Notes: a model not told the origin generated them from the letters alone. Counted from the stretch's first letter, positions 42,924-56,337 are shown. The stretch: 64,000 bases of DNA from an uncultured delta proteobacterium (GCA_963727445.1 CAVSGI010000006.1:512001-576000); one strand, 5' to 3'. Numbers and translations are program-made.

Positions 42924-43862
42924 TCAGTCGTTCGCGATCAGCGTGCCCGCCTCTCCGCGTAGCGCGGCGAGGGTGCGCGCAGGATCGGTGATGATCGCGC
43001 GATGCCCCGTCCGCCGTACGAAGGCGGCCGCGGCGTCCATCTTCGGTCCCATGCTTCCGGCGGGGAAATGCCCGTCGTCCGCGAGCACGCCCACCTCGTC
43101 GGGGGTGAGGCGCGACAGGGCCCGCTGTCCGGGACCGAGGTAGTCGGCGTAGGCGCAGGGGACGCCCGTGAGGATGAGGAGCAGGTCGGCGTCGAGGCGC
43201 TCGGCGAGCAGGGCCGAGGCGCGGTCCTTGTCGATCACCGCGTCCACCCCGACCAGTTGGCCGCCGCGGCGAAGCACCGGGATGCCGCCGCCGCCGGCGG
43301 CGACCACCGCGATCCCGAGCGAGAGCAGCCGATCCACGACGTCGGCTTCCACCACCTCGAGGGGAAGGGGGGATGGGACGACGCGACGAAAGCCGCGCCC
43401 CTCTTCCTCGGCGACAGCATACCCGCGCGCCTCGAGCTCACGCGCGCGCGTGCGGTCGTAGCTCGGGCCCACCGGCTTGTCGGGGTGGTCGAAGGCGGGG
43501 TCGGCGGCGTCGACCACGACCTGCGTGAGGATGGAGACGATGGGCCGCGCTCGGCCCGCTTCGCCGAGCACGTTGTAGAGCGACTGCACGAGGACGTAGC
43601 CCAGCTCGCCCTCGGACTCCGCCACACAGACCTCGAGGGGAATCGCGTAGGCCTTGCCCAGCGCCTCTTCGACCCGCGTCAACATGTGACCCACCTGCGG
43701 GCCGTTGCCGTGCGTGAGAAGGACCTCGCGCCCGGGCTCGAAGACCGGCAGCAGCGCACGCATCGCGTCGTGCGCGAAGCGGAATTGGCCGGCCATGGTC
43801 AGCTCTTCGCTGCCCGTCACGAAGGCGTTGCCTCCGAGGGCCACCACCGTGCGCCCTGCCAT
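42924..43862 (-). CDS. arcC: Carbamate kinase
   Basis: 'VVALGGNA', 'THGNGPQVG', 'RRVVPSP', 'GGGGIPV', 'AVIDKD', 'GSMGPK'. Confidence 0.95.
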   Translation of the reverse strand: MAGRTVVALGGNAFVTGSEELTMAGQFRFAHDAMRALLPVFEPGREVLLTHGNGPQVGHMLTRVEEALGKAYAIPLEVCVAESEGELGYVLVQSLYNVLGEAGRARPIVSILTQVVVDAADPAFDHPDKPVGPSYDRTRARELEARGYAVAEEEGRGFRRVVPSPLPLEVVEADVVDRLLSLGIAVVAAGGGGIPVLRRGGQLVGVDAVIDKDRASALLAERLDADLLLILTGVPCAYADYLGPGQRALSRLTPDEVGVLADDGHFPAGSMGPKMDAAAAFVRRTGHRAIITDPARTLAALRGEAGTLIAND

Positions 43863-43949
43863 CGACCACCATTGTCACAGGCGGGGGCGACGCCGTCGAC
43901 GCGCTCGTGCCCAGAATCGAATTCTGCAGGCGATGCGCGCGCGTGCGGT

Positions 43950-45011
43950 TCAGGCGGACACCACGGGAGCGACGGGCTCTTCTGCCGCGCTCTCCTGCGG
44001 CTCCGGCTCGGGCGCGCGCGTCGCCGCCTTCGCAGGCACGCGCTTTTCGGCGCCTCGTCGGTAGACCTGGCGCACCGAGTAGATCTCTTCGGTGCGCAGG
44101 GTCGTGCGGACCAGGAGCTCGGCGAGGAGACCGACCGCCACCAACAGGATCGAGGTGATGGTCAGGAGCACGCCGAGGGTGAGCAGGGGTCGGGTCCCGA
44201 TCGGCTGGCCCTGAAACCAGATCGCCGTGAGGTAGAGCAGGATCGAGATGCCGACGAAGCCGAGCGCGGCGCCCGGCAGCGCGAAGAAGCGCGCGGGGCG
44301 CATTCGGTAGCGCGTCAGCAGCATCACGATCAGCAGGTCCAAGAAGCCGTCGAAGAAGCGGCCGAGGCCGTACTTCGACTTGCCGTGGACGCGCGGCCGG
44401 TGGTTGACGACCAACTCTTCGATCTGAAAGCCGCGCGCCCCCGCGAGCACCGGCAGGAAGCGGTGCAGGCCCCCGTAGACGCTCATCTCGCGAACGCACT
44501 CGGCGCGGTACGCCTTGAAGCCGCAGTTGAAGTCGCGGAGGTTCACGCCGGAGAGCGGCCGCACCACCGCGTTGAAGAGCTTCGAGGGGAGGGTCTTTCC
44601 GAGGGGATCGTGGCGGCGCTGCTTGTATCCGCTCACCAGATCCGCACCCGCCCGGATCTTGGCGAGGAAGGCCGGGATCATCGCCGGGTCGTCTTGGAGG
44701 TCGGCGTCCATCGTGAGGAGGATCTCCCCGCGCGCCCGCTCGAAGCCCGCCGCCAGGGCCGGCGACTTGCCGAAGTTGCGGCGGAAGTGGATCACCGACA
44801 CCCGACCGTCGCCGTCGGCGATCTCGTCGAGTACCAGGGCGCTCCCGTCGCGACTTCCGTCGTCGATGAAGAGCACCTCGAAGGAGGACCCCTCCGCTTC
44901 GAGGGCGCCGACGATCTGACGGTGCAGCTCCGCGAGGGAGTCCCGCTCGTTGTAGACGGGCACCACCACGGAGATCTCGGGATCCGCTTCCTCTGTCGGT
45001 CGGCTCTCCAT
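43950..45011 (-). CDS. GT2 polyprenol-phosphate glycosyltransferase (ArnC/GtrB-like)
   Basis: 'SVVVPVYNE', 'DDGSRD', 'RNFGK', 'MDADLQDDP', 'DFNCGFKAYR', two C-terminal TMs. Confidence 0.93.
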   Translation of the reverse strand: MESRPTEEADPEISVVVPVYNERDSLAELHRQIVGALEAEGSSFEVLFIDDGSRDGSALVLDEIADGDGRVSVIHFRRNFGKSPALAAGFERARGEILLTMDADLQDDPAMIPAFLAKIRAGADLVSGYKQRRHDPLGKTLPSKLFNAVVRPLSGVNLRDFNCGFKAYRAECVREMSVYGGLHRFLPVLAGARGFQIEELVVNHRPRVHGKSKYGLGRFFDGFLDLLIVMLLTRYRMRPARFFALPGAALGFVGISILLYLTAIWFQGQPIGTRPLLTLGVLLTITSILLVAVGLLAELLVRTTLRTEEIYSVRQVYRRGAEKRVPAKAATRAPEPEPQESAAEEPVAPVVSA

Positions 45012-45138
45012 CGCCGGCGCTCTTCTAGCGCAGGTGGCAGCTCGGCTCCACCGCGGCCCGAGCTTTTCGTGGGGGCGCGCTCGCGCAGTCGGCAAAAACG
45101 CTTGCTTGTCGCCTGGATGACGGTCACTTCACGGGGGC

Positions 45139-46428
45139 ATGCGCAGTGGCGACGGGGCCCTCTCGAACAATCTGACGCTGGTATGGCGCCGCCGCGCGGC
45201 GTGGTCGGCAGGGCTCTGCCTGCTCTTTCTGGCCGTCGTTCAGAACCCTGCCCACCGTGGAGGAAACACCGCGAGCCGGCTTGCCACCGTCGAGTCGCTC
45301 GTCGACCGGGGGACCTGGGACATCTCGGACAGCCCCTTCCTCGAGGAGACCCACGACTACGTCGTCCTCGACGGGCGTGCGCTCAGCTCCAAGCCGCCCT
45401 TGCTCCCCGCCGCGGCCGCCGGCGTCTACTTCGCGATCCACCAACTGACGGGTCTGTCCCTCGTTCGCGACATCGGGATCGTCCACCGGCTCCTGATCCT
45501 CTTCACCGAGATCCCGGCGCAAGCGCTGCTGCTCCTCTTCGGATGGCGGCTCCTCGGCCTCTTCACCGACGACCCACGTGCCCGGGGCTGGACCTTCCTC
45601 GTCCTGTGCTTCGGTTTTTTGGGCGCCGGGTACGCCACCACGCTGAACAATCACAGCCCTGCCGCTGCGGCAGCGGTGGTGGGGCTCTACTTCGCGACCC
45701 GCGCCTTTCGCGCAGAAGTGCCGGAGGCGCGCGACCTGGCACTCGCCGGATTGGCGCTGGGCCTGTTGCCGACGCTCGATCTCCCCTCCGCGCTGATCAG
45801 CGCCTGCATCGGGCTCCCGCTCGCCGTGCGTCATCCGAAGAGAGTCGCGCTCTTCCTCGTCGGCCCCGCGCTCGTGCCCGTGGCGGCGTCGCTGCTCTTG
45901 ACCTACTCCGCGACCGGCGGCCTCTCACCCATCTACGCCCGCGGCGACCTCTATCACTACGAGGGTAGCTACTGGGACGCTCCGCAGGGGATGGACGCGC
46001 TTCACGAGCCCAAGTGGATCTACGTCCTGAACCTGCTCGTCGGCCATCACGGCTTCTTCCTGATGACGCCGGTCTTCGTCTACGCCCTCGGTGAGGCATG
46101 GCATCAGCTTCGCGCGAGGGGCCCCGGTCGCCACCTCGCCTGGGCCGCGCTCGTGAGCTTTGCGGGGATCCTCTTCGCCTACGTGATGCGCTCGGGCAAC
46201 TACGGCGGCGCCTGCGTGGGCGTGCGCTGGCTGATCCCGGTGATGCCGCTCTTCGTCTTGCTCCTCGCGCCGAAGCTCGCGCGCGACTCGACGCAGGACT
46301 CGTGGCTCTTTCGCTTCGCCTTCTTCGTTTCCGTCGTTTCCTTCGTGAATGCCGCCGTCCATCCGTGGTCGCACTCCGGCATCCACTTCCTCTTTCACCA
46401 GTTCGTGGACACCGGCGCTCTGCTCTAG
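45139..46428 (+). CDS. Multi-TM protein, probable GT-C glycosyltransferase
   Basis: About 10 TMs, first periplasmic loop 'SRLAT..SLVDRGT...D...SSKPP', 'GFFLMTP', 'GVRWLIP'. Confidence 0.65.
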   Translation: MRSGDGALSNNLTLVWRRRAAWSAGLCLLFLAVVQNPAHRGGNTASRLATVESLVDRGTWDISDSPFLEETHDYVVLDGRALSSKPPLLPAAAAGVYFAIHQLTGLSLVRDIGIVHRLLILFTEIPAQALLLLFGWRLLGLFTDDPRARGWTFLVLCFGFLGAGYATTLNNHSPAAAAAVVGLYFATRAFRAEVPEARDLALAGLALGLLPTLDLPSALISACIGLPLAVRHPKRVALFLVGPALVPVAASLLLTYSATGGLSPIYARGDLYHYEGSYWDAPQGMDALHEPKWIYVLNLLVGHHGFFLMTPVFVYALGEAWHQLRARGPGRHLAWAALVSFAGILFAYVMRSGNYGGACVGVRWLIPVMPLFVLLLAPKLARDSTQDSWLFRFAFFVSVVSFVNAAVHPWSHSGIHFLFHQFVDTGALL

Positions 46429-46434
46429 CCGACG

Positions 46435-46935
46435 TCAGCGGCGCTGCCGGATCGCCGTCGCGAGGCGACGCAGTTCGCGCTTGATGAGCTCGTTGTTCGG
46501 CTCGAGCTCCTTGGCCCGCTTCATGATCTTCCAGGCCTGCGTTGGATCGGACGCTTCGACCGCGAGCGCCCGTTGATACCACTGCATCGCTTCGGTCGTC
46601 GCCACACGCGGCTCGCTGGCCTTCTTCTGCGGGTTGAGGACGCGGCCGGCGTTGTCGCGTTGTTCGGCGGTGAGCCGGCGGATGCCCTTCTCGAGCGCGA
46701 GGTCGTAGAGACGACGTGCGGCAGGATCCACGAGCACCTGCAGGCCCTCGGCGCCCCGACGGTAGATTCGCGTCGCGCGTTCGCGCTTCTCTTCGGCCGA
46801 GGCGGCGAAGCGATCCGGGTGATACTTGCGCGCGAAGGCGCGGAAGGACTTCTTCACCTCGGCGATCGACGCGTCGCGCTCGACGCCCAGCAGGTCGTAG
46901 TAGTTGAGGCGGTCGAGCTCTGCGTCGCCGGACAT
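46435..46935 (-). CDS. J-domain protein with C-terminal TPR-like helices
   Basis: 'NYYDLLGV', 'KYHPDRF'. Confidence 0.9.
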   Translation of the reverse strand: MSGDAELDRLNYYDLLGVERDASIAEVKKSFRAFARKYHPDRFAASAEEKRERATRIYRRGAEGLQVLVDPAARRLYDLALEKGIRRLTAEQRDNAGRVLNPQKKASEPRVATTEAMQWYQRALAVEASDPTQAWKIMKRAKELEPNNELIKRELRRLATAIRQRR

Positions 46936-46938
46936 CGC

Positions 46939-49356
<2,418 letters not shown>

Positions 49357-49408
49357 GGAGCCGAATCCTACACCCGCCGGGCCGCTCATCGACCCCCGAA
49401 TCGCTCCA

Positions 49409-50197
49409 TCAACTCGACTCGGACGCGAGGCGTGGCGTGAGGCGGTCCATCGTCCAGCGGGTGATGGTCGGGAAGTAGCGTGCGAGGGCGTTCATCCTCG
49501 GATAGATGACGCGGGCCCGGTCGCGCTCGACCGCACGCCGCACCAGTCGGGCCAGGGTCGCTGCGTCACCGCGAGGCTGCATGCGCATGGCGGCGGAGCT
49601 CTCGTAAGCAGCCAGCCCATCGCGCGCCATGTCGGTCATGATGATCCCCGGGTAGACCGTGACCACCGAAACGCCACTGCCCCGAAGCTCGCCGCGGAGC
49701 GCCTCGCTCGCGCCCGCGATGCCCGCCTTCGAAGCGTTGTAGTAGGTCATGCCCGGCGTCGGGGCGAGGGAGGCCATCGAGGCGATGTTCACGATCGCGC
49801 CGCGCTTCGCGTCGACCATCGACGGCAGCACATCACGGATCAGCCGAAGGGGCACCACCAGGTTCAAGTGCAGCGAGCGCTCGCCGGCTTCGACGTCCAC
49901 CGAGTGACTCGGCGCGATCACCTGAACGCCCGCGTTGTTGACGAGCAACCCGACGTCGCCGTGTCGCATGGTTGCCTTCGCGAGCCAACCATCCGCATCG
50001 GCGACGAGGTCCACCGCGAGCGTCAGCGGCTCTCGCCCGCCCGCGTCGCGGATTTCCGCGGCGAGTGTTTCGAGCGCGTCGGCGCGGCGAGCGACCAGGG
50101 TGAGCCGCGCCCCCGCGCGGCCCAGCTCCAGCGCGAGGGCCCGGCCGATACCGGCGGAGGCGCCGGTCACCACGGCATGTGCATCCTCGAGGCTCAC
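49409..50197 (-). CDS. Short-chain dehydrogenase/reductase
   Basis: 'TGASAGIG', 'NNAG', 'YNASK'. Start GTG ~50197. Confidence 0.92.
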   Translation of the reverse strand: MSLEDAHAVVTGASAGIGRALALELGRAGARLTLVARRADALETLAAEIRDAGGREPLTLAVDLVADADGWLAKATMRHGDVGLLVNNAGVQVIAPSHSVDVEAGERSLHLNLVVPLRLIRDVLPSMVDAKRGAIVNIASMASLAPTPGMTYYNASKAGIAGASEALRGELRGSGVSVVTVYPGIIMTDMARDGLAAYESSAAMRMQPRGDAATLARLVRRAVERDRARVIYPRMNALARYFPTITRWTMDRLTPRLASESS

Positions 50198-50336
50198 CAC
50201 GACCCCCGTGATACGCGGGCCCAGCCCGAGACCTTCCCTCAGGCCCGGAGCGGGATGGGGATCGGGCGGAACGAGAAGGTTGGGTATCCTGGCGGAGCGA
50301 CCCGAGCAGAGTTCCAGGGACGCGATCGCACCCGCC

Positions 50337-51029
50337 ATGAACAGACACACGGAGCGTCACTATGCGGCTCGTATTGGGTGGTTGAGAGCTGCTGTGCTCG
50401 GGGCCAACGACGGTATCGTTTCAACAGCGAGTCTGGTCATCGGGGTGGCCGCCGCGGGGGCGGACGAATCGGGGGTGATGGTCGCGGGCATCGCCGGACT
50501 CGTGGCTGGCGCCATGTCGATGGCGGCTGGGGAGTACGTGTCGGTCAGCTCGCAGGCCGATACGGAAGAAGCCGACGTCGACCGCGAGCGACGCGAGCTT
50601 GCCGCTGCGCCGATGCGGGAACGCGAGGAGCTCGCGGCCATCTATGTCGGACGCGGGCTCGACGAGTCGCTTGCGCGCGAGGTAGCCGAGCAGCTGATGG
50701 AACATGACGCGCTGGGAGCGCATGCTCGGGACGAGCTCGGACTCTCCAATGTACACACGGCTCGTCCGGTTCAAGCAGCGCTCGCTTCCGCGTCGACCTT
50801 CGCGGTTGGAGCTGCGGTGCCGCTGATCATCGCGTTCGTCAGCCCGTCCACGGTCCTGATCGGCTCGGTGGCGGGCGGATGTCTCCTCGCTCTCGCAGCA
50901 ATGGGAGCCTTGGCCGCGCGCGCCGGGGGCGCTCGCATCTGGGTCGGAGCGGCTCGCGTTCTCTTGTGGGGAGCGTCGGCGATGGCAGCCACGGCTGCCG
51001 CGGGCGCGCTATTCGGAGCGACGGGCTGA
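50337..51029 (+). CDS. VIT1/CCC1 family metal transporter
   Basis: 'WLRAAVLGANDGIVSTASL', 'GAMSMAAGEYVSVSSQAD', 'HARDELG'. Confidence 0.95.
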   Translation: MNRHTERHYAARIGWLRAAVLGANDGIVSTASLVIGVAAAGADESGVMVAGIAGLVAGAMSMAAGEYVSVSSQADTEEADVDRERRELAAAPMREREELAAIYVGRGLDESLAREVAEQLMEHDALGAHARDELGLSNVHTARPVQAALASASTFAVGAAVPLIIAFVSPSTVLIGSVAGGCLLALAAMGALAARAGGARIWVGAARVLLWGASAMAATAAAGALFGATG

Positions 51030-51064
51030 GGCTGACTCGGTCGAGGCAACCGGGCCCGGTCTCG

Positions 51065-53404
51065 TCAACTGCAGCTACCCTCGTCGCAGAAGCTGCCGCC
51101 GCAGCACTCCCGACCCTCGAGGCACGAGGCACCCGATTCACGGCACGCGCACCGCCCCGAGACGCACGCCATCTCGCCGCAGCACTCCGCCGAGCTCTCA
51201 CAGGCATCTCCGCTGCTGCGGCAGCACGCGAATCCGCCGCCGGGGGATTGCCCGCACACGAGCGTCCCGCAGCACGCGCCAACCTCCGTGTAGTCGCACG
51301 CCTGTTCGACGAGACCGGCGCTTCCGCACTCGACGCAGTCGCCGTTGACGCAGCCGAGCCCCTCGCAGCAATCGGTGTCGCTGCCGCACGGAGCATAGGC
51401 GCCACCGCAGACCCCGGGACAGTCGAGCTCGCTTCGAATCACCCCGTCGCTGCCCGATGAGGTGGGCTCGCCGCACCGTCCGGTCGAATCGTCCCACTCA
51501 CAGGTGACGCCGCTTCGCAGACACTCCCGGCAGCTCGCTGCGTCACCACACGTCGCCTCGGTGTTGTCACAGGCGAACCCGTACCAGTCCCAGTCGGAGC
51601 CGCAGGTGCTGCCGATCTCGGGATCGCCGCTCGCTCCGAAGAAGCCACCCGGCATGCATTGATCGGATCCATCGCACCAACCACAACCAGCGGCGTCGAC
51701 GCACGCGCCGCAGTCGGTGATGAGCGCGCACTCGTCGTAGCCACACATCGCACGCGTGCCGCGGTAGGAGTCGCATGACTCGCGATCGGGAACGTCGTCA
51801 CCCCCCACGACGCACTTGGCGGATGCAGCGCCCGGCGCGACGACGCCCACCGAGCCGCCGGCGCACCATCCGCACCCGTCCAACTGGGCGCACTCGCCGC
51901 AGTCGGAGGATGCGGCCCCACAGTCGTTGCACTGGTCGGCGGCGTTTCGGGGGTCGTAACAGGAAGCGGTGCGGCGCGCTGTCGAGTAGCAGCTGTGGTT
52001 GCTGGCGCACCAGGTGCACCCTTCGGCCGCAACGCACGTGCCGCAGTCGGAGGAGGCCGCGCAGGCGTCCATCGTCCGCGGGCAGACCTCGGGGTGCGCC
52101 CCTCCTTCGCACGTCGCCGACGCCAGCTGACATCCAGCGCCCTCGCACCACGCGCAACCCGAGAGCGGGGTGCACGTGGCGCAGTCGCTGGCATGCGTGC
52201 ACGGGTCTTCCGGCGTGTCCATCCCTGCATCGCCCGTCCCCGCGTCTCCGGCTCCCGCATCGGCCGACGGCGCTGCCTCGCAGGCATTTCCGGGGAGATC
52301 TGTGCGTATGTCGTCCAGGGCCGCGCCGTAGCGCGCGTACTGCGTCACGTAGTCGTAGTCCATTGTGCCGTACCCGCCGTCACCCCACTCCTTGCCCCAC
52401 GAGTTGAGGAACTGAAACCGGCCGGTGGCGTCGTCGTAGCCAGTGATGACGAGGGCGTGGTAGCCGTCCAGACACATCGCGTCACGGCAGCTCTCGTCTC
52501 TGCAGGCACATGGATTCTCGGGGTCGGGGCGCCGGATGTAAGCGTCTTCGCGGCTCCAGTCGGTTCGCGTGCTCGTCCCGTGCTTGCGGGCGGAGAACAC
52601 CGGGATGCCGATGATGATCTCGCGTTCGGAGGCGAGCTCGCGCTTGATGGCGTCCAGGTCGCGGATGTCGACGTCGTGGCTGCCTGTCGCCTGATGGGAG
52701 GCCATGTCGAGTACGCTGTCGGACGGGCGATCGTTGTTGAGGCCTCGGCCATTCGCGACGTAGGGCCAGGCGTCGTTGTCGACGATGGGGGTGTCGACGA
52801 GCTGTTGAAGCGCCTCGCGGCCGTTCCAGCCACCCGCGCAGCTGCCGAAGGGTGCCCCACCTCGGTGGCGCGATCGAAGGTGTGCTTCGGAGAGCTCGGG
52901 GACGTCGCAGCCCTTGCTGCAGTGAAGCGCTTCGAGCACCGCGACCGCCGCATGATCGACGCACCATCCGCACCGCTTCTGATCGCTGACGGATAGACAG
53001 CCGTCGAGGTACTGCGAACGATGATCCGCGCGCGGCGGGAGCACGTCGGGGGCGCGATCGCGAAGCGCGGATCGCGAACCGCCGACCTCTTCGTCGTGGT
53101 CGGTCTCGGTTTCGGGACCGAGCCTGCCGATGGTCCCGTCCTGCGGCGTGCTCATGATGCACACCGGCTCGTCGCGGCCATCTCCCCACGGGTCGAAGAG
53201 GATGCACTCCCCCTCGAGGCGCTGCTCGAGCTCGGAGCCGGGAGCGACCTCGGTTCCCGCGGGAAGCCGCTGGTCGCCTGGCCGCGCTTCGACCGGCGTC
53301 CCGCCGTCGAAGTCCGCCGGGGCGTCGGGCACACACCCCGCGCCTGCCGTGGTGATTGCGAAGGTCGCCGCGAGGAGCGCGGTGCGAAACGGGGGGAGTG
53401 CCAT
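51065..53404 (-). CDS. Papain-family (C1A) cysteine protease lipoprotein with PSI-like and other Cys-rich repeats
   Basis: 'DQKRCGWC', 'LSE', 'HALVITGYD', 'NSWGKEWGDGGY'; repeated 'C..C.....C.WC' units. Confidence 0.88.
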   Translation of the reverse strand: MALPPFRTALLAATFAITTAGAGCVPDAPADFDGGTPVEARPGDQRLPAGTEVAPGSELEQRLEGECILFDPWGDGRDEPVCIMSTPQDGTIGRLGPETETDHDEEVGGSRSALRDRAPDVLPPRADHRSQYLDGCLSVSDQKRCGWCVDHAAVAVLEALHCSKGCDVPELSEAHLRSRHRGGAPFGSCAGGWNGREALQQLVDTPIVDNDAWPYVANGRGLNNDRPSDSVLDMASHQATGSHDVDIRDLDAIKRELASEREIIIGIPVFSARKHGTSTRTDWSREDAYIRRPDPENPCACRDESCRDAMCLDGYHALVITGYDDATGRFQFLNSWGKEWGDGGYGTMDYDYVTQYARYGAALDDIRTDLPGNACEAAPSADAGAGDAGTGDAGMDTPEDPCTHASDCATCTPLSGCAWCEGAGCQLASATCEGGAHPEVCPRTMDACAASSDCGTCVAAEGCTWCASNHSCYSTARRTASCYDPRNAADQCNDCGAASSDCGECAQLDGCGWCAGGSVGVVAPGAASAKCVVGGDDVPDRESCDSYRGTRAMCGYDECALITDCGACVDAAGCGWCDGSDQCMPGGFFGASGDPEIGSTCGSDWDWYGFACDNTEATCGDAASCRECLRSGVTCEWDDSTGRCGEPTSSGSDGVIRSELDCPGVCGGAYAPCGSDTDCCEGLGCVNGDCVECGSAGLVEQACDYTEVGACCGTLVCGQSPGGGFACCRSSGDACESSAECCGEMACVSGRCACRESGASCLEGRECCGGSFCDEGSCS

Positions 53405-53586
53405 CGCGTGCAGGCGTTGCAGGCAACACGCCAAGCGATCGGGAACGGGGATCGGCGGAGCATGGGTGTGCGAATGCGTGTGTGTGCGCTCCACCGAGCG
53501 CACCCTCGAGGCGAGGGGCGCGCGTGGCAGAGCGCAGGGCGCGTCGAGGGCAGCCTCGAGCTCTCGTCTTCGGGTACGATGCCCCC

Positions 53587-55630
53587 ATGCGAGCCGCCGT
53601 CATCTCGATCATCCTGTGGATGGTCGGCTGTGGCGACGATGCTTCGGTCACGGATTCGGGCAGCATGACCGATGCGGCAACCGACGCGCCCACACCCACC
53701 GCGATCGTCGACCCGCCGGTGGAGCCCATGCTCCCCTCGTTCACCCCGTGCCCCAGCGGGTGGCACGAGGTCGCGCTCGATGGGGCCACGGTGTGCGATC
53801 CCTACCCGGAGGCGGGAGGTGCCGATTGCGGGCCCACGGCCGCGCACCTCCCTGGCGCTTCTTCCTGCGCGGAGATCAGCCGTCCGTGCGATGGTGGCTT
53901 TCCGGATCCGCCCGCCGGACGGACGCCCCTCTACGTGCGCGCCGGTGAGAGTGGCGGCGATGGATTCGATCGCCGCACCATTCGGGACGCTGTCCGGAGC
54001 CCTGTCGGTCGCCACCGCCGACAGCGTCGTCCTCGTGGCGGCGGGTACCTATCCCGAGCGTGTGTCCGTGCCGGCGGGAGTTCGCGTGGAAGGCGCGTGC
54101 GCAGCGGAGGTCGTCCTGACCAGCACGGACACCGACTGGAACCACGGCGTATTGGACGTCGGCGGGCCAGACGTCGAGATCGCGCATCTCTCGGTTGTGG
54201 GCTCGGCGCTACCAGGTGTTCTCGTCGAGACCGGCGCGTCCGTGACGCTGGCGGGCGTCTCGCTTCGCCAGACTTCGGGCGCAGCCGTGCTCGCCCTGGG
54301 AGGTGCGGCGATCTTCGACGGCGTGGTCGTCGACGGGGTGGGAACCGATCCTCGCGGCACCTTCGGCCGAGCGCTGGTCATCGAGAACGGCGGTACGGCC
54401 GAGGTACGAGCCACCGACATTCGGCGTACGGGCGACGTGGGGATCTCGGTGGGTCCGCGCAGCACGCTCACCATCGAGGACAGTGTCGTGAGGAACAGCG
54501 CCGGCGGTCGCTCCTTCGGGCGGGGGCTCGAAATCTCGGCCGATGCGTCAGCGGCGGTGCGGCGCGTGCTCGTCGATCACACCATCGGGGCCGGGATCCT
54601 CGTCGGGCGCGGACCCACCACCGGTGCCGGCCCGACGGTGGAAATGGAGCAGGTGGTGATCCGAGACGTGCTGCCCGAGGTCGATGGCGCGCACGGCCGC
54701 GGCTTGGAGGCGCAGACGGTCGGCAGTCTCGTCGCACACCGGCTTCTCATCCAACGGGCGCGAGATGCGGGCGCGATCATCACGGGCGAGGTGCCGGGGG
54801 AGCTCGAGGACCTGGTGATCGCGGACATCGAAAGCGAGATGTCGACAGGCGAGGACGGCTCGGGGGTCGTGGTCCAGATCGGTGGGCTGAGCGTCCGGCG
54901 GGCGCTCTTGGTCCGGGCGAGCGACATCGGACTGGTCGGGCTCCAGGCCGACGTCGAGATGGAGGACGTCACGATCGCGGACACCAAGAGCGAGCTCGGG
55001 ACGAACCTGCGCGGCCGCGGCCTGAGCTTTCAGGACCAGAGCACGCTCACCGCGAGACGCGTCTCCATCCATCGAACGGCGGAGGTGGGGGTCTTTGTCG
55101 CCGGAACCGACGCCACGCTCGAAGACGTTCTCGTCGATGGCGTCGTCTCGGATCGGGGAACGGGACGGTCGGGCAGGGGGCTCTCCATCTCCGATGGATC
55201 GACCGTGACCCTCACGCGCGTGGCCGTGAGGGACGTGCGCGATTTCGGGATCTTCACTCTGGGTTCGGACATCGATGTGATGGCCACCCACGTCTCGGTG
55301 CACTCCGTCCACACCAGAGATTGCGTCTCCGACGGATGCACGAGACACGCGAGCGGAGTTCTCGCCGCACCCAGCGCGACGATCACCCTCGACTCGTTCG
55401 AAGTCGCGGAAGCAGAGCTCTGCGGTCTGATGGTTCTGGAGGGTGGTGCGCTGGATGTCAGCAACGGGGTCGTCCGAGACGCGGAGATTGGCGCCTGCGT
55501 TCAGGCGGATGGCTACGACCTCGGGCGTCTTCAGCGCGGCGTCATCTATCGCGGAAACGGCGTCAATCTGGACTCCCTCGACCTGCCCCTTCCCGAAGCC
55601 GATCCTCCCACCGACCTGGAGTCGATCTGA
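53587..55630 (+). CDS. Right-handed beta-helix lipoprotein; +1 frameshift at ~53965
   Basis: Lipobox 'MVGC'. Repaired junction reads 'LYVRAG..GGDGSIAAPFGTL..AL', followed by 'AAGTY' and repeated 'GRGL' coils. Confidence 0.8.
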
Positions 55631-55654
55631 GTCGCGCGGTGTCAGCCGCCCGAG

Positions 55655-55820
55655 ACGGGCCGGGATCTTCGCTGGTGAGCCGTCGGTACTCGATCTCGTG
55701 AACGCCTCTTCGGCGATCTTCGCGATGATGGCGAGCACGCGCTCCCTGTCCTCAGGATGAATGTCACGCTGGTACCCCTCGAAGGTCCCCCCGAAGGTCC
55801 CGGGAAAGACGGCAAGCGTT
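55655..55820 (-). pseudogene. PAS-domain fragment (sensor remnant)
   Basis: Manual translation 'PGTFGGTFEGYQRDIHPEDRERVLAII', with 'HEIEYR' in a shifted frame; preceded by a stop and lacking a start. Confidence 0.6.
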
Positions 55821-55909
55821 CACTGCAATATGTGCAGGGTCCGCCACTCCTCGGCGGTCTTCGTGCAGCCGATTCCCCAGGGAGGTGGCGTCGCAAGGAT
55901 CAGGGCGCG

Positions 55910-55925
55910 TGGCACGTCGCGTGCA
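55910..55925 (+). promoter_or_regulatory. Sigma54-type -24/-12 promoter candidate
   Basis: TGGCACG-TCGC-GTGCA versus consensus TGGCACG-N4-TTGC(A/T); ends 12 nt before ATG 55938. Confidence 0.55.
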
Positions 55926-55937
55926 CCAACATCCGCC

Positions 55938-56337
55938 ATGCCCCACCTTCGCCGAGGCCGAATTCCTCCTTGCTGACGACGACGTGGACTTTCGGCAGGC
56001 GCTAGCGAGCGCGCTCCGCGCAGACGGGTTCGAGGTCGTCGACCTCCCGACGGGTGTCGGTGTAAGCGTCTTCCTCGATGAGTGCGCGGTGCGCGACGAT
56101 GTCGCGCCGCCGGTCGATGCCGTGGTCACCGACCTTCGGATGCCGGATGTCAACGGCCTGATGCTCCTCGAGCAACTCGCCGCCCAAGGTCACCCGATGC
56201 CGGCGATCGTGGTGACGGCCTTCGACGACGTCCAGACACGTCGCGCGGTGTCAGAGCTCGGCGCGGCGGCCTTTCTCGCGAAACCCTTCAGCGTCGCGGA
56301 GCTCGAGGGCATTCTGGAGCGGGTGACACACCACTGA
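55938..56337 (+). CDS. Single-domain response regulator; probable +1 frameshift at ~55963
   Basis: Removing one T gives 'MPHLRRGRILLADDD'; 'TDLRMP', 'VTAF', 'AKPF'. Confidence 0.88.
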
